Of a stretch of DNA of 64,000 bases, positions 55,030 to 64,000 are shown piece after piece. Each line of letters begins with the position of its first letter. Positions within the stretch are counted from its first letter, which is position 1. Below the pieces are notes generated by a model. It was given only the letters and a program-made list of their open reading frames with translations. It ran no database searches and was not told the origin of the DNA. The stretch is taken from contig OX597835.1 of the NCBI GenBank assembly GCA_951406725.2, positions 42,966,001 to 43,030,000 of the forward strand, given 5' to 3'. The translations under genes were made by a program, and so were the position numbers. Origin of the DNA: Octopus vulgaris (Eukaryota).

Positions 55030-55295
55030 TTTAAAAGTTTAGATGGGCTGGACACGTTGCCCAGCTCACTGATAATTGGTGAACCTGCGCAGTTGTCGAG
55101 TGGTACCCACGCAAGCGGAAATGACCACTCGGAAGGCCTCCACGACGGTGGAGTTACGATTTCAGAAGGACGATTGGGATCACGTGGATGAGGTAAGCGC
55201 GATCCAGAGAGGAGTGGACAGCATGCTGTGACCAGCAGTGTCAAATGGACTCCCGACAGACTGGTCAGTCAAGGTGATCAAGGTGACCAAGGTGA
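55030..55295 (+). pseudogene. RTE-like LINE 3' fragment with (CAAGGTGAY)3 tail
   Basis: Manual translation KFRWAGHVAQLTDNW*..EWYPRKRK*PLGRPPRRW. Confidence 0.7.
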
Positions 55296-56098
55296 TGTGT
55301 GTCTGTGTTTGTTCCTCACCACCACTTGACAACTGATGTTGGTGTGTTTACATCCCTGTAACTTAGCAGCTCAACAAAAGAGACTGACAGGATAATTATC
55401 ACGCTGAAAAGAATAAGTACCGAGGTTTTTTTGTCCGACAAAAATTTTTCAAGGCTGTGCCCCAGCATGACCACAATTTAATGACTGACACAAGTAAAAG
55501 ATAAAAGATAAAAGATTAATTAGATGTGCAGTAAGGGTAAGGGACAGGGCCCACTGCCATTACAATGTTTCCAAAACCTCAGATGCCAAACACAGACACA
55601 CAAACACACACACATATACATACACAAATACGACGGACTTCTTTCAGTTTCCATCTACCAAATCCACTCACAAGGTTTTGATCGGCCCGAGGCTATAGTA
55701 GAAGACACTTGCCTAAGGTGCCACGCAGTGGGACTGAACCTGGAATCATGTGGTTGGGAAGCAAGCTTCTTACCACACAGCCATGCCTGTGTTTGTACTT
55801 ATTTGAAGAACATGTGATTTGAATATCAAAGGAAAGAACTGCAAGACCGATTCTTCAAGCCAGGTTAACCAGTAGGGAGTCTAGGGAGTAGTCCAAAGAT
55901 CAAGGTTACTGGATAATATTCCTAGTCTTAAGTTGGTCATGGTTGGAAATCCAGCCTGAAAATCTAATGACATTTGCTTCTGACAGGACCTTATGGAAGA
56001 GTTGCCTGAGAACTCTACCCCTAATGGCCCTTCCAGGAAAAAACAGATGGGTGCATGAATGGAAGGATAGATATTAAAAAAACTCTTATAAAAAATGT

Positions 56099-56520
56099 CA
56101 GGAGTGGCTGTGTGGTAAGTAGCTTGCTTACCAACCACATGGTTCCAGGTTCAGTCCCACTGCGTGGCACCTTGGGCAAGTGTCTTCTACTATAGCCTCG
56201 GGCCGACCAGAGCCTTGTGGGTGGATTTGGTAGACAGAAACTGAAAGAAGCCTGTCGTATATATGTATATATATATGTATATATGTATGTGTGTGTATAT
56301 GTTTGTGTATCTGTGTTTGTTCCCCCCAAAATCACTTGACAACCAATGCTGGTGTGTTTAAGTTCTGTAACTTAGCAGTTCAGCGAAAGAGACCGATACA
56401 ATAAGTTTCAGGCATGGCTTACAAAGAGTAAGTCCTGGGGTCGATTTGCTTGACTAAAGGCAGTGCACCAGCATGGCCACAGTCAAATGACTGAAACAAG
56501 TAAAAGAGTAAAGAGTAAAG
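56099..56520 (+). mobile_element. SINE A full copy
   Basis: Family consensus. Confidence 0.85.
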
Positions 56521-57102
56521 AATATTGATAATTTTTAGTAAAAGATTTTGTATTGAAAAAATTTTCTTATAGTCTTTTAAAGCATATGTGTGTGTGTATA
56601 TGCGTGTGCATGTGTGTGTGTGTGTATATGCGTGTGCATGTGTTTGTGTGTGTGTGTGTGTGTGATGTGTATGTGTGTGTTTGGGTGTATGTGCTTGGAT
56701 GAGTGCCTGTGTGTGTGTGTGTGTGTTTGTGCATGCATGTGTGCGTGTATGTATATGTGTGTGCAAGTGTGTATGTGTACCCATGTGTGTATGTACTCAA
56801 ACTGCATAGCAACAGGCACTGGTTTGTTTACGTCCCTGTAACTTAGCAGTTTGGCAAAAAGGGACTGATAGATTAAATACCAGACATGAAAAGAGAAATT
56901 TAATGGCATTGATTTATTCAATTAAACCCATGAAGGTGGTGCTCCAGAATGACCACAAGTAAATAAATTTCTCTGTGTGTGTGTGTGTGTGTGTGTGTGT
57001 CTGTGTGTGTGTGTGCCTTTATTTGCGTATGTGTGTGAATGCACACGTCTGTTAAAGTATGTCTTTGCATTAGAGCATATGTGTGCATGAGAGAGCGAGA
57101 AC

Positions 57103-57163
<61 letters not shown>

Positions 57164-57459
57164 TGTGTGTGTGTGTCTGTGTGTGTGTGTGTGTTGAAAT
57201 ATTGGTCATACCAAACAAGACAGTAATATTAAGAACAAGAAGAAAACAGCAAGCTGGCAGAAATGTGAAGACATTGGGGAAAATGCTTAGTAGCAGTTTG
57301 CTTGTCCTTAGATTCCAAGTTCAAATTCTACCAAAGTCCCCTTTGCATTTCATCCCTTTAGGGGTCAATAAAATAAGTACTGGTTGAACACTAGGGTCAG
57401 TGTAACTGACTTCCCCCTCCTCTCAAAAATTTTTAACGCTGTGCAAAAATTTGAAACCA

Positions 57460-58027
<568 letters not shown>

Positions 58028-58244
58028 AGGTAGCAAGCTGGCAGAATCGTTGGCTTTGTAGCATTTTGTCTGTCTTTATGTTCTGAGTTCAAATTCTGCC
58101 AAGGTTGACTTTGCCTTTCATCCTTTCAGGATTGATAATAGAGGTACCAGTGAGACATTGGGGTCAGTGTAATCGACTTATCTTCTCTCCCAAAATTTCA
58201 AGCCTTGTACCTTATTAGAAAGGATTATTATTATTATTATTATT

Positions 58245-58765
58245 GTGTGAGAGAGCAGTTCATGCCATCAAAGTGACACTGGGGTAAAATATACGAAGCC
58301 CAATATACCCATCATGACTACCCGTCTGATAAGGGTACACCATGTACATGCATCACAACCATATGTGCGCGACATGGTCATCTCATATCAAGATAAACAG
58401 CACATGACCTTGCAGGTGGGGCCCAGTTAGAATTTTCTTCAGGTTGAGTAGCCCATCCCGCTCAAAAGGTCCCTGAATAAGGGTTGTTTAAGGATGTTGA
58501 AAGAACCACCCATGTTTCCAGAGGTGAATTATTCAAACCCCAAAGAATCCCTCTCAACACATGGCTATGATGCTCCCCAACTACTTCTGCTCGTGATCAG
58601 AGATGCACATATCGTCAGCCACTAAGGGACATGCTCAACTGGTTAAGGTCAAACAACTGACAAGCAAATCTGTGGTATTGAGCAGAGTATTTGCTGTAGC
58701 CCATCTTTTATACCAAGACAAAACAATGTACATGATAACACTTCCGATCAGTTAAGATCAGAAGC

Positions 58766-58766
<1 letters not shown>
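58245..58766. repeat. Unclassified ~520-bp repeat in (TAA)n, copy 1
   Basis: Highly similar to 59492-59937; both are flanked by (TTA)n. Confidence 0.8.
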
Positions 58767-58817
<51 letters not shown>

Positions 58818-58818
<1 letters not shown>

Positions 58819-59205
58819 GCCTTTGCACAGCTTCTAATGCTGGAGATGTACCACAGTGTCAGCTGTTCACTAGCTGTGAATTAAGGTAACACCCCTTATT
58901 TTTCGAGCACCTTCCGGAGTATTCGTGCAGTTCCAAGCAGTGCTCTTTGTCTGCTAGTACTCCACCCTTATTGCAGCCCTTATTTGTTCCACGTACTTCT
59001 CGAGATTTTTGCTCACTGTTCCCAGGGCTCCGACAGTTATTGGTACTACTGCTACCTTTTTCATTGACCACAACTTCTTAACTTCCCAAGCTAACCTGAC
59101 ATATCTATCGACTTTTCTTTCTTCCTTATCGCATTCCTTGTTGTCAGCTGGGCATGCTATATTTATGATTCAGCATACTTTGTTTTCTTTCTCAATTAAG
59201 ACAAT
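58818..59205 (-). pseudogene. RLE-type (R4/Dong-like) non-LTR retrotransposon 3' fragment in (TAA)n
   Basis: Manual translation IINIACPAD..KVDRY..LAWEVKKLW..VVPITVGALG..ALLGTARILRKVL with stops and a frameshift. Confidence 0.75.
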
Positions 59206-59236
59206 TATTATTCTTCTTCTTATTATTATTATTATT

Positions 59237-59470
59237 CCTTCGTAACACAGTGTAGGTAAAAATGCACCGGAGTCTTTAGTCATCTGTCAAGTCACAACAA
59301 GGACCTCAGACAGGTAATACTTTCCTTAAGATGTGCCCAATAAGGCTGCTTTTTGCAAGACATCAATATTACAAGGGATTTCCAGTTGCCTTAAGAAGTT
59401 TTGAAGTTTCAATGGGATTGAGCCCAACTGGTATCACCACTGGTATCACTTTTACATTACACTCTTTCAT
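59237..59470 (-). pseudogene. Second RLE-type non-LTR 3' fragment in (TAA)n
   Basis: VKVIPVV..LGSIPLKL..DVLQKAALLGTS. Confidence 0.65.
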
Positions 59471-59491
59471 TATTATTATTATTATTATTAT

Positions 59492-59935
59492 TGAGTGAGC
59501 GAGCAGAGCATGCCATCAAAGTGACACTGGGGTAAAATATACGAAGCCCAATATACCCATCATGACTACCCGTCTGATAAGGATACACCAGGCACATGCA
59601 TCACAACCATATGTGCGCGACATGGTGATTTCATATCAAGATAAACAGCACATGACCTTGCAGGTGGAGCCCAGTTAGAATTTTCTTCAGATCGAGTAAC
59701 CCATCCCACTCAAAAGGTCCCTGAATAAGGGTTGTTTAAGGATGTTGAACGAACCACCCATGTTTCCAGAGGTGAATTATCCAAACCCCAAAGAATCCTT
59801 CTCAACACATGGCTATGATGCTCCCCCACTACTTCTGCTCGTGATCAGAGATGCACATATCGTCAGCCACTAAGGGACATGCTCGACTGGTTAAGGTCAA
59901 ACAACTGACAAGCAAATCTGTGGTATTGAGCAGAA

Positions 59936-59937
<2 letters not shown>
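59492..59937. repeat. Unclassified repeat in (TAA)n, copy 2 (shorter at right end)
   Basis: CATGCCATCAAAGTGACACTGGGGTAAAATATACGAAGCCC.. colinear with copy 1. Confidence 0.8.
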
Positions 59938-59995
<58 letters not shown>

Positions 59996-60187
59996 CCGTT
60001 AAATTCAAATTACGATGAACGTAAACAAACAAACAAAGTTTGCTTTAGAAGCATTGGGATGTCTTAGAAAGTTAAAGAAGTGATTTTAAATTCTCAAACG
60101 CAGGATAAGGCTAATAATATGAGCCTGAACAGGATAAGCTACCCCTATTTTGCAGAAAAAAGTGTTGGCGCCCAGTTACAAGACTAC

Positions 60188-60262
<75 letters not shown>

Positions 60263-61082
60263 CGTCATCAAGGCTGCAAACTTGCAGAATTGTTACCATG
60301 CCTAGCAAAATGCATAGCGGCATTGTGAGTTCAAATTCTGCTTTCATCCTCTCAGGGTCGACAAAAAAAGTACCAGTTGAATACTGGGGTGGGGGTGGGG
60401 GTGATGTAATTGACTAACCTAACTCCCTCGATATTGCTGGCCTTGTGTCAACATTTGAAATCAGTCTAAAGGGTAAGATGCTTTTATGTTGTGTCTACCA
60501 GATGAAAGAGGTGGCCATGCTGGGGCACCACCTCAAAGGGTTTGGTCAAATAAATCAACCCCAGTACTCATTTATTTATTGATGCCTGATATATAGTCTA
60601 TCAGTTGCTTTTCACTAAACTGCTAAGTTACAGGGACGTAAACACACCAACACCGGTTGTCAAGCAGTGGTGGGGGACAAACACAAAGATACAGATACAT
60701 ACATACATACATACATACATACACACATACACACATACATACATATATGCATACATACATACATACATACATGCATGCATGCATGCATGCATACATACAT
60801 ACATACATACATTCATACATACACACACACATATGCATACACATATATAAATAGACATGGCAGTCTCTATCTACCAAATCCACTCACAAGGCTTTGGTTG
60901 GCCTGAGGCTGTAGTAGAAGACACTTGCCAAATGAGCCACACAGTGGGACTGAACCCAGAACCATTTGGTTCAGAAGCAAACTTCCTACAGCACAGCCAT
61001 GCATACATACATACATACATACATACATGCACACATATATGCCCATCCTTGTGTCTGTATGAAAGTATGTGTGTATGAAGAT

Positions 61083-61310
61083 GGCGAGCTGGCAGAAACG
61101 TTAGCACGCCGGGCGAAATGCTTAGCGGTATTTCGTCTGCCGTTACTTTGTGAGTTCAAATTCCGCCGAGGTCGACTTTCCCTTTCATCCTCTCGGGATC
61201 GATAAATAAAGTACCAGTCATGCACCGGGGTCGATGTAATCGACTTAATACCTATGTCTGTCCTTGTTTGTCCTCTCTGTGTTTAGCCCCTTGTGGGTAA
61301 TAAAGAAACA
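61083..61310 (+). mobile_element. SINE B full copy
   Basis: Colinear with 34711-34938. Confidence 0.85.
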
Positions 61311-61346
61311 GGTATGTGTGTATGAAGGTATATGTGTATGTATATG

Positions 61347-61381
<35 letters not shown>

Positions 61382-61522
61382 AAATGTATGCATGTATATA
61401 AATGTATATATATGTATATATATATATATATGTGTATATATATATATATGTATATATGTATATGTATTTATATATACACACACATGTATAGATAGAAAGA
61501 CAGACAGACAGACAGGTAGTTT

Positions 61523-61553
<31 letters not shown>

Positions 61554-61992
61554 GAACAAAAAGGCACAGAGACACTCTCCAGCCCCTAGCCCACAGGGGA
61601 CACTGTATCCTCCCTCAACCTTTTCTACTTCTACTTTAATGGCCTCTGCTCCTCATAACTAACTGGTCACATGCTGCCATACCACCTCCTCAAAGGTACT
61701 TCCTGCACACTCATCTCTCCTCCTCTCCTTACGTTGTTCTGTCCATCCCCAGCCGCACCAGGCCCTGCCCTAACCAATTGTGCCCAGGCCTTAATTCGCA
61801 GAATATGGGTCCTCTAGAACTGAACTCCCTGCTACCCAGTCTTCATATTTTGTCTACAAGATTTAACTTGCAACAGTCTGTTTAATCTGAAATGTAACGG
61901 TATCAGTCTTGCTGGTCATGAAGGGAGAGTCTGGTGACGGCATCGGGCACGTGCCCCTCCCCACCCTTTTCAAACATGGGGAGTAAAAACAA

Positions 61993-62566
<574 letters not shown>

Positions 62567-62669
62567 CTGAGAGGAAGTTTTAAAAATGTCAACTGTTGTT
62601 ACGATATATCTCTCATTCTATGTAGAACAACTGGAATCTTGTAAATATGGAAGGATGGTCACACAATAT

Positions 62670-63765
62670 GACTGTAAGGTGTGTATGGAAGCGGTATGGT
62701 GATGGTGATGGTGGTGGTGGTGGCGATGGCGACGGTGGTCGTCGTCGTAGTGGTGGTGGTATGCTGGTGTGAGATTCCATGGTGACATAATGACGGATGG
62801 TGAGAAATCTGGGAGTCTTTGTGTGTGACGAGAACTGCCGGGGAAGAGCACGAGGTAGACGGTGGTTGAGAAGTGGCGGTATGGTTTGGTGGTGGAGGGC
62901 TTGGTGATGAGGTGTGGTGGGTGGTATGGTCTGACGAAGAGGTGTGGTGGTTTGATGGTGAGACGTGGTGGTATAATGTATAATGGTATGGTCTGATGAC
63001 AAGTAGTTGTGGATGGTATGGTATGATGAGGAGGCATGATGGATGGTATGCTGTGATGGTTCAGCATAAATGTAAGGTGTGGCAGATGGCAAGGTATGAA
63101 GAGCAGTGGATGGTATTGGATGGTATGGGTATGGTATGCTATAATGGTGAGATGTAGTGGATAGTGTGATGTGATGGTGAAGTGTGGAGAATGGTATGGC
63201 ATTACAGTATGTTGTTATTGTACAATGTGGACATGAGGTACAGTGGTTGTATGACGTGTGTGAGTTGTAGTAAATGGTATGGTGTAAGGTGGAGTGTGGC
63301 AGATGGTATAGCTTGATGGTGAGGTACAGTGATGGTATGGAGTGATGGTATGATGTGAGGATGAGCTGTAGTGGATAGAATAGAGTGGATGGTATATGAT
63401 GGAGAAGTATAATGAATGGTATGGTGAGATGGTACGGTGTGAAGGTGAGGAGTGGTGGATGGTATAGTTTGATGATAAGGCACAATGAATGGTATGGAGT
63501 GGTGGTATGATGTGAGGATGAGGGGAAGTGGCTGATTTGATATGATGGTAAGGTATAATGGTGAGGTATAGTCAATGGTATTCTGTGATGGTGAGGCCTT
63601 TTATTATGGTTTTATGACACGGTGATGGTAACATGAGGTGGTAAGATCTGATGGTATGGATGTGGAAGAAAGGTGGAACAGTAGCCTGATGGTATGGCTA
63701 ACACGAGGTATAGCATGATGGTATGATGGTATACCATGGTGATATTTATGCTGATGGCATGGTAT
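62670..63765. repeat. Decayed G/T-rich (TGG/ATGGT) low-complexity region
   Basis: Strong strand skew with recurring GATGGTATG words. Confidence 0.8.
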
Positions 63766-63806
63766 TAGGGCAGCTGTGTTATTTGGAGAAGAGAAACAAA
63801 CAAAAC

Positions 63807-63943
63807 TCACCTCTGTGTCGCCGCCGATGTATCCAAGAACGGTCAGTAAAATAGAGAGTTGACAGCAGAAGCGGAGTCGGTAGTGATGGGTTTGTCCTTT
63901 CTTTTCCAGCTGCAGGAATGTCTCCAAGAATTACGAGTGACTC
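63807..63943 (-). other. Possible exon ending in a strong splice donor
   Basis: Unique, CpG-containing sequence; minus strand ..GACACAGAG|GTGAGT. No recognisable protein, and the acceptor is uncertain. Confidence 0.25.
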
Positions 63944-64000
63944 TGATTATTCCATGTGAAATGTATGTTAAGTTTATTATAGCATGCTGGGTACAAGTGT

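Noticed and set aside
63604-63927. 107-aa ORF as a CDS
   Set aside because: TTG start, runs into low-complexity DNA, no recognisable homology; kept only as a possible exon.

Overview
AT-rich eukaryotic DNA, almost certainly non-coding (intergenic or one large intron). It is saturated with microsatellites ((TA)n, (CA)n, (TACA)n, (TAGA)n, (CAC)n, (CAT)n, (TAA)n) and several tRNA-headed or RTE-tailed SINE-like families; this repeat landscape resembles Octopus/coleoid cephalopod DNA (inference). No intact protein-coding gene is supported. Nearly all listed ORFs are microsatellite or SINE read-throughs, and the only real coding remnants are decayed RTE-clade and RLE-type (R4/Dong-like) non-LTR retrotransposon fragments. 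Also present: TTAA (piggyBac-type) and TA (Tc1/mariner-type) MITEs, two copies of a non-autonomous Helitron-like element and a Helentron-like element. The most striking signal is a set of about 10 asymmetric fold-back (inverted-repeat) elements, mostly sitting in (TA)n tracts. Several unrelated families of these, plus stand-alone (TA)n-flanked pieces, carry type I hammerhead ribozyme motifs with palindromic minimal stem III, and one family shows compensatory base changes in stem II. This points to a diverse non-autonomous Penelope-like/retrozyme system. All alignments and folds were done by eye; repeat boundaries are approximate.
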